A DNA stretch of 64,000 nucleotides from an uncultured Candidatus Binatia bacterium (GCA_964291295.2 OZ219754.1:512001-576000), one strand, 5' to 3'; shown: positions 20,203 through 30,559, counted from the first letter of the stretch. A program made the numbers and translations. Notes: generated by a model from the sequence alone, not told the origin.

Positions 20203-20904
20203 CTACAAGTCGTCCCGCCCGCCGTTCTCCCGCCACTTTCCACGGCGGGTCGGGTAGCGCAATGCCTCCTGGAGACACTTCAGGAAGGCCCTTCGGGACA
20301 CCTCCCGGGCACCGAGACTGCATATATGAGAGGTTGTAACCTGCGCATCGATGAAATGAAAGTCCCAGCCTTCCAGCCGGTGGACCAGCGCCGCCAGCGC
20401 CACCTTCGACGCGTCCGTCTCACGGTGAAACATCGATTCGCCGAAGAAACCCCTGCCCAGGGCAATGCCGTAGATACCGCCGGCAAGGTCCGTCCCGAGC
20501 CAGCTCTCCACCGAGTGAGCCAGCCCCGCTTCGTGGAGCCGCACATACGCCTGTTCCATTTCCGGCGTGATCCACGTGCCGCTTTGCCCCGCCCGCTCGA
20601 CGGCCGCGCATGCCCCGATCACGCCGCGAAAGTCCTCATCGAAGGTAACCCGGAACTTCCTCCGGTTCAGGACGCGCCGCAGCCGCCGGGAGACGTGGAA
20701 GTCTTCGAGCTTGAGGATGCACCGGGGGTCCGGCGACCACCAGAGGATCGGCTGACCCTCGCTGTACCAGGGAAAGATGCCCATGGAGTAGGCCAGCACA
20801 AGGCGAGCGCTGCCGAGGTCGCCTCCCACCGCCAACAACCCGTCGGGTTCCGCCTCGTGCGGGGAAGGAAAAGCGAGCTCGCGGCTCAAGCGATGGACCG
20901 GCAT
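20203..20904 (-). CDS. aat: Leucyl/phenylalanyl-tRNA--protein transferase
   Basis: GLLAVGGDL, GIFPWY, WWSPDPR, TWIT, FFGESMF, ASKVAL. Confidence 0.95.
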   Translation of the reverse strand: MPVHRLSRELAFPSPHEAEPDGLLAVGGDLGSARLVLAYSMGIFPWYSEGQPILWWSPDPRCILKLEDFHVSRRLRRVLNRRKFRVTFDEDFRGVIGACAAVERAGQSGTWITPEMEQAYVRLHEAGLAHSVESWLGTDLAGGIYGIALGRGFFGESMFHRETDASKVALAALVHRLEGWDFHFIDAQVTTSHICSLGAREVSRRAFLKCLQEALRYPTRRGKWRENGGRDDL

Positions 20905-21194
20905 GGAGAGGACCATGGTGCGGAATCCGTCCGGTGGATGCAAGGAATGAACGACTTGCCGCCGGTTTCGCTGCCGCGCTCGTGTCCGGCGAGGGCCGAC
21001 GCGGGCAGGTCCGGCGCTCCATTCGGGAGCGGACTCGGTTGTCGACAGGCCGGGGCGGGGTTTCGTCCTCGGGGAACCACCGTCAACCGTTCACGACACC
21101 ACGGCGGTCAAATCGTCGCCGCCGGCGGCACCGGTCCGGAACTCCAGGGACATCGGACGGAAATCGTGCTATAAGCCAAGGCAGCGAGAACGCC

Positions 21195-21563
21195 ATGTTC
21201 AGGAGAATCGACCATGTGGCGCTCCATGTCGCGGACCTGGATCGCACCACCACCTTCTACGAGGAACACTTCGGCTTCCGGACGTACTTTCGACACCGGA
21301 CCGACGCCGGGATGCAGATCGCGTACCTCAGGCTGGGGGACACCGTGCTGGAGTTGACCCACAAGAGCGACGGCTCCATGACGGGCTTTCACTTGTGCCT
21401 GGAGACGGACAGCTTCGACGAGACCGTGGCGGAGCTGCAACGACGAGGCGTCCCGCTCCTGCGGGCGCCCCACGGCACCGCCGCCCGGGAGCCGCGCGAA
21501 AAGGGCTGGCGCCGGGTCGTCTTCGGCGGCCCGGACGGCGAGCAGATCGAACTGCGCGGCTAG
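21195..21563 (+). CDS. VOC/glyoxalase family protein
   Basis: IDHVALHVADL, FHLCL, GPDGEQIEL. Confidence 0.88.
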   Translation: MFRRIDHVALHVADLDRTTTFYEEHFGFRTYFRHRTDAGMQIAYLRLGDTVLELTHKSDGSMTGFHLCLETDSFDETVAELQRRGVPLLRAPHGTAAREPREKGWRRVVFGGPDGEQIELRG

Positions 21564-21597
21564 CGGGCTGTCCGGCCGCAGCGCGGAAGGAGACCTC

Positions 21598-21906
21598 ATG
21601 CCGGACCCGCAAGCCGCGACCCTCAAGCTCGCTTGTCCCTGCTGCGGCGCGACCCTGATCGTGGACCCCGCGCTGGCGGTGGTGCTGCGGCACGAGGTAC
21701 CGCCACCCCGACACAAGGCGCCGGACCTCAAGGACGCCGACCGCCTGCTTCGGAACGAGGCGACACAGCGCGATCAGAAATACCGCGACATCCTCGACGC
21801 CGAAAAGGACAAGGGAAAAGTACTCGACCGCAAGTTCCAGGAGCTTTTCAAAAAGGCCAGGGACGAGCCCATCGAGAAGCCCCTCAAGGACATCGACCTG
21901 GACTGA
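21598..21906 (+). CDS. Hypothetical protein with N-terminal Zn-ribbon-like CPCC and coiled-coil tail
   Basis: AGGAG RBS; CPCCGATL; charged helical C-terminus. Confidence 0.75.
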   Translation: MPDPQAATLKLACPCCGATLIVDPALAVVLRHEVPPPRHKAPDLKDADRLLRNEATQRDQKYRDILDAEKDKGKVLDRKFQELFKKARDEPIEKPLKDIDLD

Positions 21907-21935
21907 CCGGCTCGGCACTGCCCGGGTCGAACCCG

Positions 21936-22550
21936 TTACGGCGGACCCGCGGGCACCGCCTCGCGGCCCGCCGCCTCGTAGCCGTATGCGAGTTCGAGCA
22001 ACTGCTTGACCATGCGTGCCGTGGCCCCCCGGATGTCCCACTCCTGGTAGCGAAAATGGTAGATGGGTCCGGACCTCCCGGACCGGTGGTGGTCCAGGGT
22101 CGGGGCCTCCTGGCACAGCAGCGCGGCCACCGGCACGGAGAACACCGCAGCGGTTTCGCGCGGGTCGGGACGGAACTCGTACGGATGGGGAATGATCCCC
22201 ACGAAAGGGGTGACCCGGAAGTTGTAGCCCGCCATGACTTGGTCGAGCTGGCCCAGGACGCGCACATGGCCGGGATCGACACCGATCTCTTCCCGGGTCT
22301 CCCGCAACGCCGTGGCCAGCGCGCTGCCGTCCTCCGGATCGGTGCTCCCGCCCGGAAACGCCACCTGCCCACCGTGGGAACTCAGATGCTGCGCCCGCAG
22401 GGTGAGGATCAGGCTGTCGCCGTCCGGACGTTCCTGGATGGGCACCAGGACGGCGGCCGGCCGGAAGTCATCTCCGGCCGCGGCCAAGGGCGTCCTGGTC
22501 CGCAGGATCTCGAATCTTTCGGAGCAGACAAACACCTCTGCCACTGTCAT
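21936..22550 (-). CDS. Nudix CoA pyrophosphatase
   Basis: AAVLVP, LTLRAQHLSSHGGQVAFPGG, ALRETREEIG, IRGATA. Confidence 0.9.
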   Translation of the reverse strand: MTVAEVFVCSERFEILRTRTPLAAAGDDFRPAAVLVPIQERPDGDSLILTLRAQHLSSHGGQVAFPGGSTDPEDGSALATALRETREEIGVDPGHVRVLGQLDQVMAGYNFRVTPFVGIIPHPYEFRPDPRETAAVFSVPVAALLCQEAPTLDHHRSGRSGPIYHFRYQEWDIRGATARMVKQLLELAYGYEAAGREAVPAGPP

Positions 22551-22597
22551 TGAACGGCCGGCGCGGCGGCAGGGTGGCGTTGCCGCCCCGGCCCACG

Positions 22598-22927
22598 CTA
22601 GTTCTCCGGCTTCAGCGACTCGGGAAAGTAGCGTGACGGGAACCAGACCTGGGCATCGAAGTTCGTACACCCGAGAATCCGCAACTCGCGCATGACCCGG
22701 ATGTAGTCCTGCGACTCGATGTAGTGCTCCCACGCCTGGAGACTCTCGAATTCGATCATGATGGCGACCTGGGGGCTGACCTCCAGCGGGTTGCGGAGAT
22801 TGCGGATCTCCCTGACCCCGGGAGCCGCCAGCGTCATCGGCAGCCAGTCGTTCTTGGCCTTGTTGCTGTAGATGGTCAGGTTGGCCTTCTGATCCGGCAG
22901 GTCCCACTGGATGATGTAATGTACCAT
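22598..22927 (-). CDS. Small dimeric alpha-beta barrel (EthD/DUF1330-like) protein
   Basis: AGGAGG RBS; PGVRE...IEFESLQAW pattern. Confidence 0.65.
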   Translation of the reverse strand: MVHYIIQWDLPDQKANLTIYSNKAKNDWLPMTLAAPGVREIRNLRNPLEVSPQVAIMIEFESLQAWEHYIESQDYIRVMRELRILGCTNFDAQVWFPSRYFPESLKPEN

Positions 22928-22968
22928 GGCTCCCTCCTTTTCGTGTCCGCCCCCCGTGCGGGGCCGCC

Positions 22969-23760
22969 CTACATGAGCGTCCTGACCAGACCCCCGTCGA
23001 TCAGGAGCGCCGTCCCGGTAATGTAGCTCGCCCGCTCCGACCCGAGAAAGACAACCAGGTCCGCCACTTCCTCGGACTGCCCGAAGCGGCCCAGGGCAAT
23101 CTCGGCCTTGCTCTGTTCCTGGACCTTCTCCAGTGGCAGGTTGAGCCGCCTGGCCCGGGCCACGTTGAGGTTGTGGTGGCGCTCGGTGTCGATGCGCCCC
23201 GGCATGACCGTGTTGATGAGAATGTTGTCGGCCGCCAGCTCGCGCGACAGCGTCTTGGTCCAGCCCACCACGCCGGTGCGGAACGTGTTGGACAGGATCA
23301 GTCCGGGTATGGGCTCCTTGATGCCGTAGGAGGTGATATTGATGATGCGTCCCGCGCCCGCCTTCTTCATGTGCGGCACCGCCTCCCGCGTAAGCCGGAC
23401 CGTGCCCATCAGGCTCAGATTGTAGGCCGCGGCCCAGTCTTCCTCGCTCAACGCGTCGAACGCTCCGAACGGAGGCCCGCCGGCGTTGTTCACGACCACA
23501 TCCACCCGGCCGAAGGCCTCGACGCTCCTGTCCACGAAATTTCGTATGTCGTCATACTTCGACATGTCCGCCACTGTGGCAACGACCTCTCCCCCCGTGG
23601 TCTCGCGAATCTCCCGTGCGGCGCGCTCCAGCGCCTCGCCGCCTCTGGCGCAGATGCCGACCTTCGCGCCCTCGGCGGCGAAACCGCTGGCGATGGCCCG
23701 CCCCATCCCCTGACTCGCACCACCCACCAACGCCACCTTGCCTGCCAGTCCCAGATCCAT
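22969..23760 (-). CDS. SDR family oxidoreductase
   Basis: GASQGMG, NNAGGP, PGRIDT, SYITG. Confidence 0.92.
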   Translation of the reverse strand: MDLGLAGKVALVGGASQGMGRAIASGFAAEGAKVGICARGGEALERAAREIRETTGGEVVATVADMSKYDDIRNFVDRSVEAFGRVDVVVNNAGGPPFGAFDALSEEDWAAAYNLSLMGTVRLTREAVPHMKKAGAGRIINITSYGIKEPIPGLILSNTFRTGVVGWTKTLSRELAADNILINTVMPGRIDTERHHNLNVARARRLNLPLEKVQEQSKAEIALGRFGQSEEVADLVVFLGSERASYITGTALLIDGGLVRTLM

Positions 23761-23790
23761 CCGAACTCCTCTCCGGGCTGCCGGAGCCCC

Positions 23791-23815
23791 GGTGCCCGCC
23801 TGCGGGGCGGGCACC
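23791..23815. terminator. GC-rich intergenic hairpin
   Basis: GGTGCCCGCC-tgcgg-GGCGGGCACC. Confidence 0.45.
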
Positions 23816-23820
23816 CGCCC

Positions 23821-24066
23821 TCACTTCTGCGTCCAATAGATATTGTCGTCGAACTCCGGGTCCAGCCGCATCAGGTAGAGCGCCAGCATGCCGTGAGCGC
23901 CCAGTGGCCGCAGTTGCCGCGGATCCCGCATCCTGATGGCGGCGGCCTCCTCCGCGCTCAGTTCGTAGTCCGACAAGGTTTTCTCCAGATCCGTCCGCGC
24001 CCGACTCAAGGTGTCGGGTTTCATCTTCAGGTCGAAAAGAAAGCGGTTCAGGTGGTAGCGGCTCAT
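23821..24066 (-). CDS. LigA-like small subunit of an extradiol dioxygenase
   Basis: MSRYHLNRFLF...YELSAEE...LGAHGML; adjacent to a LigB-like gene. Confidence 0.75.
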   Translation of the reverse strand: MSRYHLNRFLFDLKMKPDTLSRARTDLEKTLSDYELSAEEAAAIRMRDPRQLRPLGAHGMLALYLMRLDPEFDDNIYWTQK

Positions 24067-24117
24067 GCGATGCTCCGGTGGACCCGCGCAGGTGGACGCC
24101 GGCGCAGCGTGCCCGGG

Positions 24118-24981
24118 TCAGATCTTCCAGCTGGCAAAGCCCCACCCGGTTGCGACGTGGTCGGGCATGTAGAAGGTTGCGGAAGCCGGGGAGTCGCTCA
24201 CCGCCCCGATGGCCACCATCCAGTTCAGGAACTCGGAGTTGCCCGACTGCCGCAACTGTTCGAGCGTCAGCTCCGCCAGGGCAGGCCCCTCGCCGGCACG
24301 CATCCGTTGAAGCAGCCCTTCGTCGAAGCGGGTTTCGATCTCGCCGATGCGCGGGGACCCGGGAAAGTGCGACAGGCCGCCGGTGGCGAGGATGGCGACC
24401 CGGTCGGCGGCGGCGTCCGCCACCCCGCGAACCAGGTTTCCCAGCGCATAACACCGCGCGGGAGTGGGCAACGGGTCGATCCAGGTGTTGACGAAGAGGG
24501 GCAGGATGGGGATCCGCGGTTCCGGCAGAAGGAAATGCAGCGGCACCAGCTGGGTGTGCTGCAACTCGATGTCCTCGCCAAAGGAGAGATCCAGGCCCGC
24601 AGCCACGCCGGCCTCCAGAATGGCCCGTCCCAGCGCCGGCTGATTCCGGTAATGGAACCGGTAGCGCGTGAACCGGCCGTGGAGCTCCTCCGCCAACGTC
24701 ACGAAGAATGTCGGTATGTTGTCGAAGAAAAAATTCACGAACTGGTCGTTGGCCACGACCACCAGCACGTCGGGTCTGGCGGCCTGCAGGTCGGAGCGGA
24801 GCACGGCGAAGGCATCCTCGGCGTCCCGGCGCAACCTCCGCTGCACCTCCAGCGAGGGCCGGGTACCGGCCGCCTGCGGCGCCATGCGGTAGTGGAGCTT
24901 CATGAACTCTTCCCACTCGGCGCCCGGATCGAGCAGAATGTTGGGGGCGTGGCTCGCGGCCAGCGCGGCGACCAGCGGCAT
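24118..24981 (-). CDS. LigB-family (class III) extradiol ring-cleavage dioxygenase
   Basis: ASHAP, RPDVLVVVANDQFVNFF, TGGLSH, GNSEFLNW. Confidence 0.88.
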   Translation of the reverse strand: MPLVAALAASHAPNILLDPGAEWEEFMKLHYRMAPQAAGTRPSLEVQRRLRRDAEDAFAVLRSDLQAARPDVLVVVANDQFVNFFFDNIPTFFVTLAEELHGRFTRYRFHYRNQPALGRAILEAGVAAGLDLSFGEDIELQHTQLVPLHFLLPEPRIPILPLFVNTWIDPLPTPARCYALGNLVRGVADAAADRVAILATGGLSHFPGSPRIGEIETRFDEGLLQRMRAGEGPALAELTLEQLRQSGNSEFLNWMVAIGAVSDSPASATFYMPDHVATGWGFASWKI

Positions 24982-25026
24982 TCACGGTCCTTTCGCAGCA
25001 TCCTGGCTGAACGACGTGCACGAAAG

Positions 25027-25055
25027 ATGTTATAGTCCGGCCTCGCGCATTTCAA
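25027..25055 (-). promoter_or_regulatory. Putative sigma70 promoter of the ligB-like operon
   Basis: TTGAAA-N17-TAACAT. Confidence 0.45.
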
Positions 25056-25144
25056 CCGTCTTCACGAACAGGAGCCGGCACCGGACAGTTCACGGGGCCG
25101 GGCCAGGCGGGATATCCATGATCGGAACCATCTCATCAGGGTGT

Positions 25145-26167
25145 ATGCCGAGGGCGGTGTCTCTCGGTGTGCTGATGCTCGTCGGGCCGGCGGTGGCCGG
25201 GCCGCCCGCCGCGGCATACGAATGGCGGCCCGCCGCCACCGTCTTCGAGTATCGCGAGGCCCCGGAAGCCGGTGCGGACCCGCGCTCCGCCGCCACCGTC
25301 ATCGGCATCCCCGGTGTACACGTGGCCAGCCACAGGGACACCCTGCTCGACATTGCCCGCCTGCATCATCTGGGATACCGGGAACTGCTCCAGGCCAACC
25401 CCGGGACGGACCCTTGGCGGCCGGGCGAAGGCGCGTGGATCACTCTCCCCTCCCAGTGGATTCTTCCCGACGCGCCGCGCCAAGGGCTCGTTCTCAACAT
25501 GCCCGAGATGAGGCTCTACCACTACCTGCCCGGCTCCAGGGTCCGGACCTTTCCGTTGGGGGTGGGACAGGAAGGTCAGGAGACGCCGGCCGGATATTTC
25601 CGCATCGGACAGAAGCGCACGGACCCCGTATGGTACGTGCCCGTCTCGATCCAGAAGGAGATGGAGAATCCGCGCAAGACGGTCCCTCCGGGGCCGGACA
25701 ACCCGCTGGGCCGATACTGGATGCGGTTGTCCCGGACCACCTACGGGATTCACGGCACCAACAATCCCTGGGCCATCGGCCGCCGGGTGACCCACGGCTG
25801 CATCCGGCTGTATCCCGAGGACATCGCCTTTCTGTACCCCCGGGTGCCCAAGGGTACGCCCGTGCAGGTGATCTATCAGCACGCCAAGGTCGGCGTGCGG
25901 GATGGCAGGGCCTACTTTCAGATCTACCGCGATGGCCGCGCGACGGACAACGAACTCATGGCGGACCTGATCCGGCAGATCACGAAACGGGGACTGGCCG
26001 TCGATCTGCGGCAGTTGCGAAGCCTGCTGCCGGAACTGCCCGACGGGGTCATGATCCCTCTTCCGCCGAGGAACCCGCGCCTGTCCGGTATTGCTCGTCC
26101 AGAGCGTACTTTTCCTCAAGCCCCACGATCTCGTGAAACTCGTCGAACGGCAACAGCCGATCCATGA
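25145..26167 (+). CDS. L,D-transpeptidase (ErfK/YcfS family)
   Basis: ANPGTDPW, PPGPDNPLG, YGIHGTN, THGCIRL; start uncertain (25118 or 25145). Confidence 0.92.
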   Translation: MPRAVSLGVLMLVGPAVAGPPAAAYEWRPAATVFEYREAPEAGADPRSAATVIGIPGVHVASHRDTLLDIARLHHLGYRELLQANPGTDPWRPGEGAWITLPSQWILPDAPRQGLVLNMPEMRLYHYLPGSRVRTFPLGVGQEGQETPAGYFRIGQKRTDPVWYVPVSIQKEMENPRKTVPPGPDNPLGRYWMRLSRTTYGIHGTNNPWAIGRRVTHGCIRLYPEDIAFLYPRVPKGTPVQVIYQHAKVGVRDGRAYFQIYRDGRATDNELMADLIRQITKRGLAVDLRQLRSLLPELPDGVMIPLPPRNPRLSGIARPERTFPQAPRSRETRRTATADP

Positions 26168-26933
26168 ACGCCTCGGCCGTGCCCTGTTCCCTGAGATTGG
26201 AATAGTAGCTCTTGAGCGCCATGGCCGCGGAATAGAGCGGCCCCACCGGCCAGACGATCAGCGCGAAGCCCAACTCCCCCAGTTCCGCCGGGGTCATGAG
26301 CGGCGTGACGCCGCGCTCGATCATGTTGGCCACCAGCGGCCCCGGGACATTGCGGGCGATCTCGCGCATCTCCTCGCGCGTCTCCGGCGCCTCGATGAAC
26401 ACGGCGTCCGCACCGTTCTCCTTGAAGGCGATGCCGCGCCGGATGGCCTCGTCGAGGCCGAGGGCCTGGCGCGCATCCGTCCGCGCCACGAGGAAGAGAT
26501 CCCCGTCACCCCTTGCCGCGGCCGCGGCGTTGAGCTTCCCGAGATACTCATCCAGGGGCACCACCTGCTTGCCCCGCATGTGGCCGCAGCGCTTGGGCCA
26601 GACCTGGTCCTCCAGGAACATGCCGGCGGCCCCCGCCCGCATCAACTCGGTGACGGTGCGGACCACGTTCACCGCGTTGCCGTAACCGGTGTCGGCATCC
26701 ACGATGACGGGCGTCTTCACGGCGCCGCAGACGCGGTAGATGGTGCTCAGCATCTCGCTCTGCGTGAGGATGCCGAAGTCCGGCTCCCCCAGCAGCGTCG
26801 CCGAGATACCGTAGCCGGTGGTGAAAATGACGTCGAAGCCGGCGCGGTCCGCGATACGGGCGCTCAGGGCGTCGTACACCCCGGGCATCACCAGGCTTCC
26901 CTTGCGGTCGAGAGCTTCCTTGACTCTGCTCAT
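26049..26933 (-). CDS. Isocitrate lyase/PEP mutase family protein (PrpB-like)
   Basis: PGVYDALSA, DADTGYG, EDQVWPKRCGH, ARTDA. Confidence 0.92.
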   Translation of the reverse strand: MSRVKEALDRKGSLVMPGVYDALSARIADRAGFDVIFTTGYGISATLLGEPDFGILTQSEMLSTIYRVCGAVKTPVIVDADTGYGNAVNVVRTVTELMRAGAAGMFLEDQVWPKRCGHMRGKQVVPLDEYLGKLNAAAAARGDGDLFLVARTDARQALGLDEAIRRGIAFKENGADAVFIEAPETREEMREIARNVPGPLVANMIERGVTPLMTPAELGELGFALIVWPVGPLYSAAMALKSYYSNLREQGTAEAFMDRLLPFDEFHEIVGLEEKYALDEQYRTGAGSSAEEGS

Positions 26934-27020
26934 CCGGGCCTCCCGTCCGAACTCGTTGCGAAAGCGGCGCCCGCAGCCTTTCACCGCGGCGCGAGCAGGG
27001 TCCGTGCGAACGGGGGTCCG

Positions 27021-27305
27021 CTACTCGCCGGGAATCTCCACGATCACGTCACCGAGCACCGCGGCCACGCAACCCAAGCGGTCCGCGCCATCCGATTCCA
27101 GCATCGACAACGTCAACTCTTCGTTGTCGTCCATGGGGCTCAGATTGTTCCCGCCGGACAGGATCCTCACCCTGTCGGTGCCGCAGATGGCCTCGGTGCA
27201 GTCGTGTGGCAGCTTGACGCCGTTGCGAATCGCCGCCACCAGGATGGTGGTGCCGTCCTCCACCTCGAAGGTCTGTCCCAACGGCATGAAGGTGATTCTG
27301 GGCAT
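27021..27305 (-). CDS. [2Fe-2S] ferredoxin-like protein
   Basis: HDCTEAICGTD...RLGC; third Cys position is Asp. Confidence 0.8.
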   Translation of the reverse strand: MPRITFMPLGQTFEVEDGTTILVAAIRNGVKLPHDCTEAICGTDRVRILSGGNNLSPMDDNEELTLSMLESDGADRLGCVAAVLGDVIVEIPGE

Positions 27306-27472
27306 GGCGGGTTTGTAGGAGACGCCCGGCGCGATGTCAAGGTGCCGCAGCCCGGTCCGGTATGGCCCATAAAGCCTGAATAATAGTTGATTACTGCCGA
27401 TTCTCAGAACGGAGACAAGCGGCGATCTCGCTGGAAAGCAAATCCTCAGCACGTCTCCGCACCCGTCCGCGC

Positions 27473-28270
27473 TCAATCGGCACCCGGACGCCTCCGATAC
27501 GCGGCCAAGTCCTCTGCGGTGAGTTCGTTTGGCTCCACGAGCTTGTAGTGCCGCTCCGACAGCACCTTGACCTCGCCGTCAGTCTTCTCGAAAGAGAAAA
27601 ATGCAATCACCTGGTCGCGTATGAACTGCACGGCCACGGGAAGGCAGATCAGATCCGAAAACCTGGATTCGCACAACGCCGTGTCTTGCTCGATCTGAAC
27701 GATGTTCAACTCGTCGCGCCCGCCCTTGGCCTGCACCGGCAGGACGTACTGGCGTCCCCATTTGTCGACTCCCACGTACAGTTCGTCCGTCTCAACCTGT
27801 CCGATGTCGGGCACTGATGTCCGTAGGTGGTTCTGCAGCGATTAGCAGGTGATGCCCGTAAAGATATCGATCAAGCGGTTGTACCGCACTCGCGCCAGAA
27901 GGGCTTGCTCGTCTCCGAGCGCGTACATCGCGACGACGCCGGGCGTGGCGTCCGGAACTTTGGTGGCTCCCATCCGTTCATTGGGCACCAGCGGAATCGG
28001 TCGGACCAGGACGAACCTGTATCGGCTCGGTCCTCTACCGCGAATAATCCACTCGCAGCCCTCGGGTGCGGTGGCCCGCACGGAATCCGGCAGATTCCTC
28101 CGGTACCGGGAACTATAGAGGATGTCACCAACGTTCTTCGGACACCGTACGCCTACCCGATCAGCCGCGACCGTGAGGTCGGACCGCTCGAAATCGACCT
28201 CCGTCATTCCCGTCTTGAATCGCGTGGTGAAGACCTCGTCGATGATCGCAGCATACCTTGACTTGGCCAT
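27473..28270 (-). pseudogene. Putative type II restriction endonuclease interrupted by an in-frame TAA
   Basis: ORFs 27842-28270 and 27473-27814 are in frame (GITC*SLQNHLRTSVPDIGQVETDELYVG...VQAKG, PD-(D/E)xK-like); lies downstream of an MTase. Confidence 0.75.
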
Positions 28271-28296
28271 GACGAGTGCCTTCGCCCCGATCGAAG

Positions 28297-29642
28297 TCAC
28301 CCGGTCCAGCGGAGCCGTACGACCTCTTCGCGCAGGTACTGTCGGCTGGCAGTGGCGAGTCGCGTCCGAAACAGGTCAATGCCGGCCAGTTCGTAACCGA
28401 GACTCTGAGCGAGTTCGCCGAGGATCTGCCCGGTCCTGATCATGACTCTGAGGTACGATGCCTGGTCTCCAACGACGTACGCAAGCCTCGCACCCGGACG
28501 CAGCCGACTCCTGAGGCTCGCCAGATGTCGGACCATTCCTCCAAAGTACAGTTTCGTGACTCTCGCGTACTGGCGTTCGAACCCTGACGTCTTGCCCTGC
28601 TCAACTCGGCGGGCTTCGATCAGTTCAGCGATTCGCTGAATACCCTCGTGTCCGGCGACCAGGGCATCGTCAGTATCCGCCTTGTACACGCTTCGCGTAT
28701 TCGATCGGATGAGTCCCTGCTTCAGGCATCGCAGATCCTGTTTGTCCCGGAAAAAGCCGAGCACACACCCTCAAGGCGCGTCGTCCGCGTGTAGTCCTTC
28801 TCGTTTGGGTATGGCGGGGAGGTGATGACGACATCGATGGACGACGGCTCCAGGTAGTCCTCCAACCGACGGGCATCCCCAAGGTGGACTTTGGCGTCCG
28901 TTCCGTCTCGTTGCCGCAACGCCGCGAGGTCATCGGCCATCGTCGTGACGCGGCTCAGCCATGGCCCGACCACCGGAGCGTCCTCCTGAAGTCGCCCAAC
29001 GCCGACTTCCGGACCGAAATGCAGCTTGCCGATTCCCGAGATGAGCGCCGCTGCGAGCGCGAGTCGCTCGTGAGAGCAGAACGCGTCTTGGCGGTGCTGG
29101 TCGAGAATATCCAGCAACAGCAGCGTCTTGTGAAGCGGTAGCGGGCTGATCGAGTTCTTTGGCAGAAGCTTCAGCTTGTCGGGAGGTAACGTCTGGAGGT
29201 GGACCGTCGGGGTGACGTTCGCCGGGAACAGTGGTGCCATCCCGAAGTCGTCGATTCCTTGATGCCGAAGCAGATCGAGCGCTCGGGCGGCTGCCTCCTT
29301 GGCGTGGGATACGAGCGTGTCAGGGTCGACGCTCCAATCGATTTTGGTGCGGCTCGCGAACCCAGCCATCGGGTTGCGTTCGATCCCGACGCTCGGGATC
29401 CCAAGCTTTTTGCACTCGACCAGCGTCGTCCCGGTGCCGCAGAACGGGTCCAGTACCCGCTGCCTTGAATCGACGCAAAACGTGTCGAGGTAGTCGCGCA
29501 CGAGGTGCGACGGGAATGAGAGAACAAAGCGGTACCAGTTGTGAACGGCACGATCTTCAGGCCTGAGCCGATTCCGCTCCGGGGTTTTTCTTGCACTGGT
29601 TTCGGGAGCGGTTGTCACGGCCGGACTGCTGGTGTCAGTCAT
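28297..29642 (-). pseudogene. N4-cytosine-type DNA methyltransferase, frameshifted
   Basis: DPFCGTGTT and TSPPY; frame change near 28765 in a GTGTGTG run, continuing LGFFRDK...YVVGDQ...LREEVV. Confidence 0.85.
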
Positions 29643-29764
29643 TCGTGACCTCGTGGTTCCGTTCGTGTCACGTGGTGGGCGAATGCCTGCACCTGCCGCG
29701 ATGTCGGATTGGAGTCCACCACAGTCCGGACTTGACGGTACGCTCCCGTCGTTGACTCAAGAGA

Positions 29765-30112
29765 TCAGCGGCCGGCATCCTTGGCAGCCTTTTCGATCCA
29801 GTCCCCCATGTTGTGATAACCGTCGTCACGATTCCAGTAGTAGAAGTTGCAACCCTCCGGGACCCGGCCGCAACGCTCAGATTTGTCCTTGTCTAAATCC
29901 TTGATCTTGCTGACATCGATCCCCAACAAACCGTTGCCTCGGGCCTTGCTCTGGTCAATCTCGTACTGAACATACCGGCTGTCGCAAGTGTGAGACCCTA
30001 CCAGTACGACCGTCACGGAGGTCCCATAAAGCTGATTCAGCCGGAACGAGTCGGTGGCGAGGCGGTTGACGATCCCTTGGATGAACTCCAAGTGCTTGAG
30101 CTTCGCTTCCAT
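29765..30112 (-). pseudogene. Chimeric remnant: small membrane-protein N-terminus fused to a ThsB-like TIR C-terminal half
   Basis: MEAKLKHLEFIQGIVNRLATDSFRL joined to GTSVTVVLVG...SRYVQYEI...GNGLLGI...YYWNRDDGYHNMGDWIEKAA. Confidence 0.7.
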
Positions 30113-30559
30113 CACTCGTTCAGGGCCGACCGAGCCCGTCAAGAATCCCTGATCGCGGCCAGAGGTGAATTCCTCGACCCATCGGTCGGCTCACCCGGTC
30201 GATCCCGGAGAGGAGACTTCACTCGGCAACTGGCAAGGATCGTACTATAGGACCGACGATTGTACCACAGGCCCGACATCGGGACGACCCGGCAACCCTG
30301 GGTGATGGTGGCCCGAGGTCGGGCCACCAGTCTGATGGGAAGACAGCGGAGCGGTGCCAAGCTCGTGCGTGGATGGTCCGGGTTCATCATCAAACCGCGC
30401 ACTCAGTCCGCTGGAGTCCGCCGCAGAACGAGGGATACAGCGAGGGGAACAAACCGGCTGGAGCTGGACAAGCACCTTATTATCAGCAGGTTACATAACC
30501 TGGGCATCGGCAGCCCCGCCTCTCCTGCCCCCCGGTCTCCCGGGGCGCCTTCCCGGCGG

